From: an uncultured Solirubrobacterales bacterium
GTDB lineage: Bacteria > Actinomycetota > Thermoleophilia > Solirubrobacterales > 70-9
Direction of reading: 5' to 3'
NCBI GenBank assembly: GCA_963751815.1
Contig: CAVVVY010000009.1
Coordinates: 9,578 to 73,577, forward strand
DNA: 64,000 nucleotides
Within the stretch, counting starts at the first letter, position 1. Every line of letters starts with the position of its first letter. Under the pieces are notes generated by a model that did no database searches, had not been told where the DNA came from, and saw only the letters and a list, made by a program, of their open reading frames with translations. This document shows, in pieces, positions 38,230-48,587 of the stretch. Made by a program: the position numbers and the translations under genes.

Positions 38230-39574
38230 GCGTCTCTCCGCCTCGAGGCGACCGCTCTTGATCGCCTCGAGGAGGGCGGCGTGGTCGCGCTCGTTCTGGT
38301 CGGCGTAGGCGGCCGAGAACTCGGCGATCGCCGAGTCGAAGGTCGCTCCCGAGCCCAGGTAGGCGCCGATCGCGACCGGGTCCCCGGAGCGGGCGTGGGC
38401 CCGTGCCAGGGTCCAGCCGCAGACGCGCGCGTAGATCTCCATCGCCCGGGGAGCCATCGTTTCGATGTCGCTCGACCCCTTCTGGTCCCAGAGCTGGCGC
38501 ACGTAGAAGTCGCGGCGGCGGCCGTCGGGGCCGACGTTGGAGCACCAGCCGAGGAAGATGTCGCTGGCGGCCTGCATCAGCCACTGTCCCTCGACCACCC
38601 GCCGGCCGTGGTTGCGAAAGCGGCCGCTGCCGGCGTACGGCTCGAGCACCGAGGACTGCGCTTCCTTGGCCTGGAGGAACAGGGGGTCGCCTTCGTCGCG
38701 GCCGGTCAGGAGGATGATCCAGGCGCGGGTCCCGACGCTGCCGACGCCGACGACCTTGTGGGCCAGGTGGCGGAACTCGTAGCCCTCGAGCAGGTGGGCG
38801 CGGTCCCCCTTCAGGGTGTCCGTGTATTCGTCCAGGACCTTGCGGATCACCGTTTCGAAGTCGTAGTCGGCGGCGCCCTCGATCTCCTCGACGGGCACGA
38901 TCAGCGGCGGTTTGCTGATGATCCGAAGCTCGCCATCGACCCTGTGGGTGAGGCGGGCCTGGGCCCGCAGGCTGTCCTTCGCGCGGGCCTTCGCCGCCGC
39001 CTTCTCGACTTTTTTCACCGACTTCGGGCGCTCGGCCTGAAGCGACTGCAGCACCTGCTCGGCGTCGAGCCGCGCGTACCAGATCTCGAGATTGCGCAGT
39101 TTCGCGAACTCGCGAATCGCCTCGCGGTAGGTGCGCGCGACCGTTTCCACCACCGCGGTTCGCTCCTTGCGCTTGAAGCCGTTGTCGCGGGCGGCGATCT
39201 CGAAGCTCGCGGCGAGCCGCTTGACGTCCCACTCCCAGGGGCCCGGCAGCGTCTCGTCGAAGTCGTTGAGGTCGAAGACCAGCCGCCGGTCGGGAGCGGC
39301 GAAGACGCCGAAGTTGGAGAGATGGGCGTCGCCGCACATCTGGACCCGCAGGCCCGAGGTCGGGGTCGTGGCGAGGTCGGCGGCCATCACCGCCGCGGCG
39401 CCGCGGTAGAAGGTGAACGACGAGACCGCCATCCGCCCGTAGCGGATCGGCAGCAGCTCCTGCACCCTTGCGTCCGCCTGCTGTTCGAGGATCTCGACCG
39501 GGTCGGCCCGGTCCTCCGGGGCATCCCACCTGCCATGGGTGCTCCGGGGAACCCGGGCACGTGCCTCCTTGCCG

Positions 39575-40882
39575 CTAGCGGCGCGCTCTGAGACCCCCAT
39601 TGCCCCCGATCCTACGCCCGGCGATCGGGGGGAGCAACCGCCTCCGTCTCAGACGGTGGCGGCCGCCTGCTCGGCCTGGCTTTCCTCCGACTGCTTCGCG
39701 GCGAGCGCCTCGGCCTCGGGCGTCGGCTCCTCGGCCTGCGCGCGGCAGCAGCACTTCTTTGGCGATCACGAGCCGCTGGATCTGGCTCGTGCCCTCGTAG
39801 AGCTGCATGATCTTCGCGTCGCGCATCAGTTTCTCGACCGGGTACTCCTTGATGAACCCGTAGCCGCCGTAGACCTGGACCGCGTCGACGCAGATCTCCA
39901 TCGCCGAGTCGGCGGCGAACCGCTTCGCCATCGAGGAGACCTTGCTGTTGCGGAGGCCCTGGTCAAGCTGGACCGCGGACTCCCAGACGAGCAGCCGCGA
40001 GGCCTCGACCTTGGTCGCCATGTCGGCGATCATGAACTGGATCGCCTGGTGCATCGCGATCGGGACGCCGAACTGGACCCGTTCTTTGGAGTAGTCGGTG
40101 GCGAACTCGGTCGCGGCGCGGCCGATGCCGACGGCCATCGCCGAGACGCCGGGGCGGGTCCGGTCGAGGGTCATCATCGCCAGCTTGAATCCCTTGTTTT
40201 CCTCGCCGAGCAGGTTCTCGGCCGGGATCTCGACTTCGTCGAAGGAGATGGTCGCGGTGTTCGAGGCCCGCTGGCCCATCTTGTCCTCCTTCTTGTCGAC
40301 GGTGACCCCGGGGAGGTCGGCCTCGACGACGAAGGCGCTGATCCCGCGGTGCCCGCCCTCGGGATCGGTCTTGGCGTAGACCGTGAAGTAGTCGGCGTAG
40401 GTGCCGTTGGTGATGAAGCACTTGGAGCCGGAGATGACGTACTTGTCGCCCTTCTTGACGGCGCGGGTCTTCATCCCGGAGACGTCGGAGCCGGCGTCGG
40501 GCTCGGTCAGGCAGAACGAGGCGAGTTTCGGCGACTCGCAGAGCGCGCCGAGGTATTTCTTCTTCGTCTCCTCCGACCCGCCGAGGGTGATCGGCGCCGA
40601 GGCGAGGCCGTTGGCCATCAGCGAGGTGCCGATCCCGGAGCAGCCCCAGCCCATCTCCTCCTCGATGATGCAGCCGGAGAGGTAGTCGAGGCCGGGACCG
40701 CCGTAGGCCTCGGGGATGTGGGTGTTCATCAACCCCACCTCCCAGGCCTTCTCGATGATCTCCTGAGGCCAGGTGCCCTCTTTGTCGAACTCCCACGCGA
40801 CCTTGCGGATCTCTTTGTCCGCGAAATTGTGCGCCAGCTCGCGCAGGTCCTTCTGCTCATCGGTCAGGGTGAAGTCAACCAC
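39575..40882 (-). CDS. Acyl-CoA dehydrogenase (3' end ambiguous)
   Basis: GTG at 40882 lies 9 nt after AAGGAG (VVDFTLTDEQKDLRELAHNFADKEI...). The sequence includes CLTEPDAGSDVSGMKT and YEGTSQIQRLVIAKEVL. After KEVLLP the listed frame gives an Arg/Gly-rich tail that overlaps the next gene. A +1 frame instead gives RAQAEEPTPEAEALAAKQSEESQAEQAAATV*, ending at 39649. Confidence 0.85.
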   Translation of the reverse strand: MVDFTLTDEQKDLRELAHNFADKEIRKVAWEFDKEGTWPQEIIEKAWEVGLMNTHIPEAYGGPGLDYLSGCIIEEEMGWGCSGIGTSLMANGLASAPITLGGSEETKKKYLGALCESPKLASFCLTEPDAGSDVSGMKTRAVKKGDKYVISGSKCFITNGTYADYFTVYAKTDPEGGHRGISAFVVEADLPGVTVDKKEDKMGQRASNTATISFDEVEIPAENLLGEENKGFKLAMMTLDRTRPGVSAMAVGIGRAATEFATDYSKERVQFGVPIAMHQAIQFMIADMATKVEASRLLVWESAVQLDQGLRNSKVSSMAKRFAADSAMEICVDAVQVYGGYGFIKEYPVEKLMRDAKIMQLYEGTSQIQRLVIAKEVLLPRAGRGADARGRGARREAVGGKPGRAGGRHRLRRRRLLPPIAGRRIGGNGGLRARR

Positions 40883-40968
40883 TGCTCGAAGCTCCTTCTT
40901 TCGGGTGGGAGTAGTGCCGATTGACTGGTCAGTCAACCAAGGCGAAGAGTAGCGAATACCCTTGGCCC

Positions 40969-41440
40969 ATGGCTGCGATCGCGATCTCGAGCGGCACGGT
41001 CATCGCCCTGATCACCATCGCCGTGGTGCCGATCGCGGCGATCAGCTTCGCCCGCGCGGGGCGGGCCTGGAGCGGAATCGGCGGCGGCAGGTTCTCGATC
41101 GAACAGGCCCCTCCGCCCCGCCGGCCGGCCGCCCCCGACGGCGAGGTCGACCGCGCCCTGCAGGAGACCGAGGCGCGCCAGATGCTGGAGGCGAAGGCCT
41201 ATCGCCGGCGGCGTCGCGGGGACGGCCGAGGAGGTCGACGTCGACGCCGAGCTCGCCCGCCTGCTCGACCTCGATGCCGAGGGGACGGGCGGCGGCCACG
41301 ACGAGGCGCTGCGGGCCGAGGTCCGGGCGCTCGTCATCGCCCGCAACGAACGCCGCGCCCGCCGCGGTGAGGAGCCCCTGGACGTCGAGGCCGAGACCGA
41401 TCGCCAGCTCGCAGATCTCATAGGATTGGAGGAGACATGA
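40969..41440 (+). pseudogene. Small membrane-anchored hypothetical protein with one frame change near ~41215
   Basis: MAAIAISSGTVIALITIAVVPIAAISFARAG...QETEARQMLEAKAYRRRRRG is followed in a second frame by EEVDVDAELARLLDLDAEG...ALVIARNERRARRGEEPLDVEAETDRQLADLIGLEET*. The stop overlaps the next ATG (ATGA). Confidence 0.45.
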
Positions 41441-41775
41441 CTGCGGCACGGGAGAATCTCTACGAGGTCGAGGAGCTGCTCGTTCAGCCGGGGACCTACT
41501 TCAACCCTCAGACCGAGGTGATCGTCGTCGTCGACGACTCCGCCTCGCTCGACCAGGAGGTCTTCAACATGGAGGACTACGAGGGGGCGGACTGGGTCAG
41601 GGTCTCCGACGAGGTCCCGATCGACGAGGACCGCCGCGACGAGGCGCTGGAGCACTTCCAGACCCACTATCACCCCGGATCCGCCAAGTCGGTCTCGGCG
41701 ACCGCGCTCGAGCAGAGCGACGACGACGAGGAAGACGAGGACGAGCCCGGGCAGGAGCCGGGCCGCGAGGACTAG
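41437..41775 (+). CDS. Acidic hypothetical protein
   Basis: Intact 112-aa ORF, translationally coupled to the preceding gene, with an Asp/Glu-rich C-terminus. Confidence 0.55.
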   Translation: MTAARENLYEVEELLVQPGTYFNPQTEVIVVVDDSASLDQEVFNMEDYEGADWVRVSDEVPIDEDRRDEALEHFQTHYHPGSAKSVSATALEQSDDDEEDEDEPGQEPGRED

Positions 41776-41779
41776 CGAC

Positions 41780-42250
41780 GTGCTCGAGGCCGGTCAGCAG
41801 GCTCCCGACTTCACCCTGCCCGACCAGAACGGCGACGATCTGACCCTCTCCGATCTGCGCGGGCAGACGGTGGTCCTCTACTTCTACCCCCGCGCCGACA
41901 CCCCGGGCTGCACGACGCAGGCCTGCGGGATCCGCGACCACCACAACGACTACGCCGACACCGGCGCGCGGGTGGTCGGCATCTCCCCGGACGAGGTCGA
42001 CGCGGTCAGGAAGTTCGCCGACAAATACGACCTCGACTTCACCCTCCTCGCCGACGCCGACCACGCGGTCGCCGACGCCTACGGGACCTGGGGCGAGAAG
42101 TCGATGTACGGCAAGAAGTACATGGGCGTGGCGCGGGCGACCTTCCTGATCGACGCCGAGGGCACGATCGCGAAGGTCTTCCCGAAGGTCTCTCCGAAGA
42201 CCCACGACGAGGTCGTGCTGGAGGCCCTCGCCGAGCTCCAGGCCGCCTGA
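41780..42250 (+). CDS. bcp: Thioredoxin-dependent thiol peroxidase (Bcp-type peroxiredoxin)
   Basis: QAPDFTLPDQNGDDLTLSDLRGQTVVLYFYPRADTPGCTTQACG, including the peroxidatic Cys motif PGCT. Confidence 0.9.
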   Translation: MLEAGQQAPDFTLPDQNGDDLTLSDLRGQTVVLYFYPRADTPGCTTQACGIRDHHNDYADTGARVVGISPDEVDAVRKFADKYDLDFTLLADADHAVADAYGTWGEKSMYGKKYMGVARATFLIDAEGTIAKVFPKVSPKTHDEVVLEALAELQAA

Positions 42251-42263
42251 GCCCCGCTCAGGC
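42245..42263. terminator. Hairpin between the convergent bcp and antiporter genes
   Basis: GCCTGAGC-CCC-GCTCAGGC forms an 8-bp perfect stem that spans both stop codons. There is no T-tract. Confidence 0.3.
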
Positions 42264-43259
42264 CGTGGCGATGACGACGATGATGTAGCTCGCGTAGAGC
42301 GTGAACCAGGCGACGACCACCGCCAGGGAGAAGCGTCCGCGGCGATGCAGGGCCTCGTAGGCGAGGAACCCGCCGACCATGCCGAGGGCGATCGAGAGCA
42401 TCGCGTTCCCGGTCAGGTCCCACTTGGTGAAGATCAGGCCGATCCCGAACGGGATCGTCGACTGGAAGACCATCGCGCCGGTGATGTTGCCGAGGGCCAG
42501 CGAGTCCTTGCCTTCCCTGACCCAGAAGAAGCTGTTGACCTTCTCCGGCAGCTCGGTCGCGAGCGGGGCCAGGACCAGCGCCAGGACGACGGCGTCGATT
42601 CCGAGGCTCTCGGCGATGTGGAGCAGCTCCTCGACGAAGAGGTGGGCGCCGCCGACCATCGCCCCGAGCCCGACGATGAGCTGGATCACGCAGAGGGCGA
42701 GGCCGGGATCGGTGCGGTACTCCTCGCGGCGCTCGAAGATCAGCGGGTTGAGCGACCCGTGTGACTGGACCTCGCCGCCGCCCTGCAGGGTGCGCCGGAT
42801 GTAGAAGACGTAGGCGAGGAAGACGAGGACCCCGATCGGGATCCGGACCGGGTCCGGCGCACCCCAGGAGAGCGCCAGCGAGAGCGTGAAGAAGACGAGG
42901 AAGAAGATCAGGTCGCGCTCGAGGGTCGGGGCGTGCGCGTCGAGCTTCAGCCCCTGGGTCCGTTTCTCGCGATAGAGGTAGGCGAAGAGGCCGACCAGGC
43001 CCATCGCCAGCGTCGCCAGCAGGAAGGGCGCGCCGACGATCGCGCCGATCGCGACGTCTTCGCCGCCCTCGGCGCTGCCGACCAGGGCGACGATCGCGAT
43101 CAGGGTCTCCGGCATCGCGGTCCCGACCGCCGCCAGGATGCTGCCGACCGCGCCTTCGCCCAGCTTCAGCCGGTGGCCGATCCACTCCACCGCGTTGGTG
43201 AAGAGCAGCGCGCCGGCGAGGATGACGGCAAAGCTGAGCGCCAGGAGGACGACGCTCAT
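42258..43259 (-). CDS. Ca2+/cation antiporter (CaCA, YrbG-like) family protein
   Basis: Intact 333-aa polytopic ORF with two alpha-repeat-like motifs, GSILAAVGTAMPETLIAIVA and LALGNITGAMVFQSTIPFGIG. Confidence 0.85.
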   Translation of the reverse strand: MSVVLLALSFAVILAGALLFTNAVEWIGHRLKLGEGAVGSILAAVGTAMPETLIAIVALVGSAEGGEDVAIGAIVGAPFLLATLAMGLVGLFAYLYREKRTQGLKLDAHAPTLERDLIFFLVFFTLSLALSWGAPDPVRIPIGVLVFLAYVFYIRRTLQGGGEVQSHGSLNPLIFERREEYRTDPGLALCVIQLIVGLGAMVGGAHLFVEELLHIAESLGIDAVVLALVLAPLATELPEKVNSFFWVREGKDSLALGNITGAMVFQSTIPFGIGLIFTKWDLTGNAMLSIALGMVGGFLAYEALHRRGRFSLAVVVAWFTLYASYIIVVIATA

Positions 43260-43266
43260 GGAATGG

Positions 43267-44395
43267 CTACAGCTCTTCGGAGCACTTCTGGAGGTCGGCC
43301 GCCGAGTGGGCTCCCCTCACGCATTCGGCATAGGACAGCGCCCGTTCGGCGCCGCCTTCCCCGCCCTCCGCTGCTGCCGCTGGTCCCGCCGCCGAGCCCG
43401 GGGAGGCCCTTCTTTTCGAACTGTTTCAGGATCGACCCCAGGCCTTCGCCGCGCTGCAGCGCCCCGGCGAGTTCGAGCGGATTGATGTCGAGCTTGAGGA
43501 AGAGCGCGCTGAGCGGCTTGGCTCCGGTCGGCGCGACGATTTCCTGTTCCTCGTTGACGCCGTTCAGCGTCAGGTCGAGGTCGATTTCGCTCTTTTCGCC
43601 GCCGGAGTCCTTCGGTTCGACGACGACGTCGGCGACGATCCGGCGGACGATGTCGTCGTCGCCGACGTAGAACTCGACGTGCGCGGTCTTCAGCGAGTCG
43701 CTGAGTTCTTCTCCCGACTTCTTCAGGTCACCGACCGACGGGATCTTGCCGGCGGCGCTGAGCTGGCCCTTGCAGGCCGGGTTTTCGGTCAGTTCGGTGA
43801 GCAGGTCGCTGGCGCCCTTCGGGTCGAGCTCACCGCTGAGCTTGGTCGTTTCGGTCCCGCCGACGTCGGCGCTGCCTTCGTTCTTGAGGCCTTCGCCGAG
43901 CTTGGTGAAGTCGAGCGCGCCGACCGCTTCGCGGCATCCCTTGATGCCGTTCGATTCGGCGCCGCTTTCCTTCTGGCTGTGGTCGAGGAGAGATTCGACG
44001 AAGCTGAAGCTGGTCGGGTCGACTTCGTACTCGACCCCTTCGTAGCGGACGAAGGCGCTGCTGGGGAGCAGGACCAGGCCGCCGTCGAAGTCGACGTCAT
44101 CGCCTTTGTAGTTCCCCTTCGCGGTGACCTCGATGTCCATCTGGGGAAGCTCGCTGCCTTCCTGTTCTTCGAACGGGCCGGAGACGGAGATGTCGAGGTC
44201 GCTGGCTTCCTTGCCGGTCGACTTGACCTGGAGCGAGAGGTCGAGGTCGGCGCTTTCGATCCCTTCCAGCGTCGCATTTTCGAGCACGGCCTCGGGGCTT
44301 TCATCGCTGCTGCCGCCGCCTCCGCACGCCACGAGGCCGACGCCGAGGGCGGCGATGGCGGTGAGTGCGAGGGCGATTCGAAGTCTGCTGCTCAA
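43267..44395 (-). CDS. Lipoprotein, hypothetical, with a frame change close to the 3' end
   Basis: TTG at 44395 lies 8 nt after GGAGG and gives (M)SSRLRIALALTAIAALGVGLVACGGG, which contains a lipobox. Near ~43385 a +1 frame gives AAAEGGEGGAERALSYAECVRGAHSAADLQKCSEEL*, with the stop at 43267-43269. The listed frame instead gives an Arg-rich tail (ORF 43256..44455). Confidence 0.65.
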
Positions 44396-44464
44396 AAGGG
44401 GGTCCTCCTGGAGGTCGGGATCCGAGTCGGAATCGTACGGCAACCGATCTAACAACCCGGCGCG

Positions 44465-44704
44465 CTAGCGCGGGTTGTGGACCTCGGGAGGCGTGCTCTC
44501 GGTGAGGTTGATCGCGATCGGGAAGAGCAGCGCGCCGATGACGATCAGGGCGATCCCCGCCCCGACGAGCCAGCGGGTGGTCGACATGTAGCCGAGGATC
44601 CCGAGCGCGAACCCGGCCAGGACCATGAGTATGTAGGGGGTGCCGCTGTGCGGCAGCAGCGAGGCGAGGGGCAGGGCGAGCTCGAGCATGGCGGTGACTA
44701 TCAT
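44465..44704 (-). CDS. Small two-TM membrane protein
   Basis: ATG at 44704 gives MIVTAMLELALPLASLLPHSGTPYILMVLAGFALGILGYMSTTRWLVGAGIALIVIGALLFPIAINL... This is the 3' part of the otherwise spurious ORF 44465..45622. Confidence 0.5.
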   Translation of the reverse strand: MIVTAMLELALPLASLLPHSGTPYILMVLAGFALGILGYMSTTRWLVGAGIALIVIGALLFPIAINLTESTPPEVHNPR

Positions 44705-44716
44705 CGCTTGACTCCG

Positions 44717-47026
44717 ATGGCCGACGCGCCGACACCCGCTTCCGTCGCCGAGATGAAGGAGGCCCTCGCGGCCGCCGACTACCTCGCCGACGAGCCCGCG
44801 GCGCTGGTCTCCTACCTCGCCCAGCAGCTCGGCAAGCCGGTCCTGGTCGAGGGCCCCGCCGGCGTCGGCAAGACCGAGCTGGCGAAGGCGCTCTCGCGGG
44901 CGAGCGGCCGCGAGCTGATCCGCCTCCAGTGCTACGAGGGCCTCGACGAGGCGAAGGCGCTCTACGAGTGGAACTACCGCAAACAGCTCCTCGCGATCCA
45001 AGCCCGGTCCGCCGCCGAAGACAGCGAGCGGCGGCCAGAGGGCGCGCTGGACGACATCTTTGCCGAGGACTTCCTGCTCGAGCGGCCGCTGATGCAGGCG
45101 ATCGCCAGCCCCGACCCGGTCGTCCTCCTGATCGACGAGATCGACAAGACCGACCAGGAGTTCGAGGCGATGCTGCTCGAGCTCCTCTCCGACTTCCAGA
45201 TCACGATCCCCGAGCTCGGCCAGATCTCGGCGACGACGATGCCGATCGTGATCCTCACCTCGAACAACTCGCGCGAGCTGACCGAGGCCCTGAAGCGCCG
45301 CTGCCTCTACCTCTGGCTCGACTATCCCGAGCTCGAGCGCGAGATGGAGATCGTCCGCCTCCACGCCCCGGACCTCTCCGAGACCCTCGCCCGCCGCCTG
45401 GTCGAGGTGGTGCGGATGGTGCGCGGGCTCGACCTCAAGAAGCCGCCCTCGATCGCCGAGTCGATCGACTGGGCGCGGACGCTGCTGCTGATGGGCGCCG
45501 ACGACATCGACCAGGAGACCTTCAAGCAGTCGATGTCGATCATCGTCAAGCACCGCACCGACATCGACCTCGTCTCCGAGCGGGTCGGGATGAAGATGCC
45601 GGAGCGCCGACCAAGGCGACATGAGCTCGGCTCGCCCTACGGGCCTCGGGCCCAGACCGGGCCCCCGGGCCTGGCGCCGAAGCTGCTCGGCTTCTGCGAG
45701 GAGCTGCGGTCGGAGGGGGTCGCGGTCGGGACCTCGGAGATCCTCGACGCGTTCGCGGCCCTCGAACAGGTGCCCTGGACCTCGCAGGACGACTTCCGCG
45801 AGGCGCTGGCGGCGACGATCGCGAAGTCGCAGGAGGACCGTCGCCTGTTCGAGCTGCTGTTCGAGCGCTGGTTCTTCCGGATGGCCGAGGCCGAGGCGGT
45901 CGAACGCGAGATCGGCGAGTCAGAACACCGGCACGAGGGCGCCGAGCGCCTCGACATCGACGAGCTCCGCGACCAGATCCGCGAAGCGATCCTCGAGGGC
46001 GAGGACGGCGAGATGCGGGACCTGGCCCGGCTCGCGATCGCCGCCTTCGGGCGCCAGGGCGAGGGCTCGGGCGTCGTCGGCGTCGACGTCCAGCGGATCC
46101 GCCGCACCCTCGGCCTCTCGACCGGCCCGCAGCCCGCCGACGAGGACGGCGGCGAGGAGATCCCGCCGATCGACCGCGACCAGCTCAACCGCTTCGAGCG
46201 CCACCTGCGCCGCGAGCTCGAACGCGACCTGATCGAGCGCACCTCGACCCTTCCTCCCTCGCGGCCGCTGGCGGAGCTCGACCGGGCGCTGCCGACCAGC
46301 CCGACCCAGGACCTGGCCGCGGTCCACCGCGCGGTCTCGCAGATGAAGCGCCGGCTCGCCACCCTCGGCCACGAGCAGCGCGGGCGGCGCAAGGGCCGCT
46401 CGGTCGACGTCCGCCGAACCATGCGCTCCTCGCTCGAGACCGGCGGCGTCCCCCTGCGCCTCCGCTACCGGCCGAAACGGCCGCGCCGGCCCGAGATCTA
46501 CGTCCTCTGCGACGTCTCGACCTCGGTCACCTCGGCGAGCGTCTTCTTCCTATCGGTCCTCCATGCCCTCCACGACTCGTTCCGGAAGCTGCGCAGCTTC
46601 GTCTTCATCGAGCGGATCTCGGAGGTGACCGAGATCTTCGAGCACGAGAAGGACTTCCGGGTCGTCGCCCAGCGGATCTCCAGCGAGGGGGGCGTCGCCG
46701 ACGTCTCCGGCTACACCGACTACGGCCGGGTCTGGCTCGAGTTCCTCGGCGAGATCTCCGACGAGCTCGACCCGCGCTCGACCGTGATCGTCCTCGGCGA
46801 CGCCCGCACCAACGGCCGCGAGCCCCACGCCGAGGTCTTCGCCCAGGTCTCGGAGCGGGCCGGGCGCCTGTTCTGGCTCAACCCCGAGCCGAAGCTCTAC
46901 TGGAACTACGGCGACTCGGTGATGGCCGCCTACGAGCGCCACTGCGACGGGGCCTTCGAGTGCTGGACCACCCGGCACCTGGAGAACTTCGTCAACGTCG
47001 TCGCCGGCGGGACGCCGCGCGACTAG
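44717..47026 (+). CDS. MoxR-like AAA+ ATPase continuous in frame with a VWA (CoxE-like) protein
   Basis: ATG at 44717 gives MADAPTPASVAEMKEALAAADY... The ATPase part has Walker A (VLVEGPAGVGKTELAKAL) and Walker B (VVLLIDEIDK). From ~45640 the sequence is CoxE/VWA-like: LLGFCEELRSEGVAVGTSEILDAFAAL...IYVLCDVSTSV...VIVLGDARTNG...FWLNPEPKLYWNYGDS. There is no stop between the two parts. Confidence 0.75.
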   Translation: MADAPTPASVAEMKEALAAADYLADEPAALVSYLAQQLGKPVLVEGPAGVGKTELAKALSRASGRELIRLQCYEGLDEAKALYEWNYRKQLLAIQARSAAEDSERRPEGALDDIFAEDFLLERPLMQAIASPDPVVLLIDEIDKTDQEFEAMLLELLSDFQITIPELGQISATTMPIVILTSNNSRELTEALKRRCLYLWLDYPELEREMEIVRLHAPDLSETLARRLVEVVRMVRGLDLKKPPSIAESIDWARTLLLMGADDIDQETFKQSMSIIVKHRTDIDLVSERVGMKMPERRPRRHELGSPYGPRAQTGPPGLAPKLLGFCEELRSEGVAVGTSEILDAFAALEQVPWTSQDDFREALAATIAKSQEDRRLFELLFERWFFRMAEAEAVEREIGESEHRHEGAERLDIDELRDQIREAILEGEDGEMRDLARLAIAAFGRQGEGSGVVGVDVQRIRRTLGLSTGPQPADEDGGEEIPPIDRDQLNRFERHLRRELERDLIERTSTLPPSRPLAELDRALPTSPTQDLAAVHRAVSQMKRRLATLGHEQRGRRKGRSVDVRRTMRSSLETGGVPLRLRYRPKRPRRPEIYVLCDVSTSVTSASVFFLSVLHALHDSFRKLRSFVFIERISEVTEIFEHEKDFRVVAQRISSEGGVADVSGYTDYGRVWLEFLGEISDELDPRSTVIVLGDARTNGREPHAEVFAQVSERAGRLFWLNPEPKLYWNYGDSVMAAYERHCDGAFECWTTRHLENFVNVVAGGTPRD

Positions 47027-47031
47027 ACCGG

Positions 47032-47490
47032 CTAGCGGGCGGCCCAGGCGTCGGGCTGATTCGAGAGCTGCTCGACCACGTCCGGCATCTGGCCGGAGAC
47101 GAGGTCGGCGAGGGTGACGTGCTCGAGGACCGCCCGGAGGTTGGCGCGGACCGCGATCCAGACCTCCTGCAGGTGCTCGGCGTTGCCGCGGTATTCGATC
47201 GACTCCGGCGGGTCGGACTGGACGTGGGCGATCGGGCCCTCGACCGCGCGGACGAGGTCGGCGATCGTGATCTCCTCGGCCGGGCGCGCCAGCCAGTAGC
47301 CGCCCTTGGCGCCGCGGCGGGCGCGGACCAGGCCGGCGTGCTTGAGCTCGAGCAGGATGTGCTCGAGGAACTGCAGCGGGATGTCCTGCGCCTCGGCGAG
47401 CCGCTCCCCCTTGACGGGGCCGTCCTCACCGGCGGCGGCAAGCTCTGCCGCCGCCCGCACTGCGTAGTCGGCCTTGGCGGACACCCTCAT
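47032..47490 (-). CDS. Rrf2 family transcriptional regulator
   Basis: MRVSAKADYAVRAAAELAAAG...ERLAEAQDIPLQFLEHILLELKHAGLVRARRGAKGGYWLARP. Confidence 0.9.
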   Translation of the reverse strand: MRVSAKADYAVRAAAELAAAGEDGPVKGERLAEAQDIPLQFLEHILLELKHAGLVRARRGAKGGYWLARPAEEITIADLVRAVEGPIAHVQSDPPESIEYRGNAEHLQEVWIAVRANLRAVLEHVTLADLVSGQMPDVVEQLSNQPDAWAAR

Positions 47491-48500
47491 GATCGATCCT
47501 GAGCTTCACTCACGGCGCAGGGAACCAGATATGGATGCTTGCTCGCTCCGCACTCATCTGAATCGGCGCGGGCGCGAATCCGGCTATCCGGCGTCTCGGG
47601 GGTGAGCTTGCCCGCCTTGCGTTCGCGTTCGCGGCGGCGGTGCAGCCAGCGAGGAGCGGCGAGGACCCCGCCGAGCCCGAGCGCCGCGACGGCGGCCGCG
47701 ATCGGCCAGACGTTCGGGTCGCCTTTCTTCAGGGTGAAGTAGCCGGAGGCGATCAGGACGACGCCGAGCGCGGTGCGGAGGAACCCCTGCGGGGCCTTGT
47801 CGGAGAGAGCGGCGCCGAGCACCACTCCCGGCAGCGAGCCGACGAGGATGTTGCCGGCCAGGCCGAAATCGATGTTGCCGCCGATCCAGTGGGCGACCGC
47901 CGCGGCCGAGAGCAGGATCGCCGCGTGGACGACGTCGGTGCCGACGACTTTCTTCGGCGAGAGCCGGTAGACGGCGATCAGCAGGATCGCGATCACGGTG
48001 CCGGAGCCGGCCGACGTGATCCCGATGATGAATCCGGTGGTGGCGCCGATCACGACCGCGGCGACCTTGTGGCGGCGCTCGACGTCGAAGCGGTCGCGCT
48101 CTTCGACCAGGTCGCGCAGGATCAGCGCCCGCGCCAGGGTGATGATCCCGACCATCAGCAGGGTGCCGCCGAGCACCGCGTAGACCAACGAGTCGAGCCG
48201 TTCTTCGCTGACGTGCTTCTCCAGCACCGAGACCAGCGCCACGCCCGAGACCGCCGCCGGCACGCTGCCGTAGGCCAGCCAGCGAACGAGCTCCATGTTC
48301 ACCGTCTTCAGCTTCAGGTGGCGCCAGCCGCCGACGGTCTTGGTGATCGCCGAGTAGAAGATGTCGGTGCCGATCGCCGTCGTCGGCTGGGTGTTGAAGA
48401 TCAGGATCAGGAGCGGCGTCATCAGGGATCCACCGCCCATGCCCGTCATGCCGACGAGTACGCCGATGCCGAATCCAAAAAGGATGATTGCCGGGTCCAC
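47487..48500 (-). CDS. TauE/SafE family sulfite/anion exporter
   Basis: Intact 337-aa polytopic ORF with GFGIGVLVGMTGMGGGSLMTPLLI and ITSAGSGTVIAILLIAVY. It overlaps the Rrf2 gene by ATGA. Confidence 0.85.
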   Translation of the reverse strand: MDPAIILFGFGIGVLVGMTGMGGGSLMTPLLILIFNTQPTTAIGTDIFYSAITKTVGGWRHLKLKTVNMELVRWLAYGSVPAAVSGVALVSVLEKHVSEERLDSLVYAVLGGTLLMVGIITLARALILRDLVEERDRFDVERRHKVAAVVIGATTGFIIGITSAGSGTVIAILLIAVYRLSPKKVVGTDVVHAAILLSAAAVAHWIGGNIDFGLAGNILVGSLPGVVLGAALSDKAPQGFLRTALGVVLIASGYFTLKKGDPNVWPIAAAVAALGLGGVLAAPRWLHRRRERERKAGKLTPETPDSRIRARADSDECGASKHPYLVPCAVSEAQDRS

Positions 48501-48587
48501 GTTGTTCCTCGCGCGGGTGGAGTGGTGCTTATCGACTTTCCTGACTACTTTGGTCAGGAGCGCGGAGTGCGCCAGGATACCAACAAG

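Noticed and set aside
44477-44716. 80-codon N-terminal extension of the MoxR ORF, and the long ORF 44465..45622 on the opposite strand
   Set aside because: The extension is Arg/Asp/Glu/Gly-rich and antisense to a convincing small membrane protein. The MoxR alignment begins at MADAPTPASV (ATG 44717). Most of 44465..45622 is antisense to MoxR.
48501-48587. Possible TPP riboswitch upstream of the ThiXYZ-like ABC transporter
   Set aside because: The leader has one neat hairpin, CCTGAC-TACTTTG-GTCAGG at 48540-48558. It lacks the conserved TPP elements (CUGAGA, ACCUGA, the GGAUAAUGCC-type pyrimidine sensor), and 87 nt is short for that aptamer plus an expression platform.
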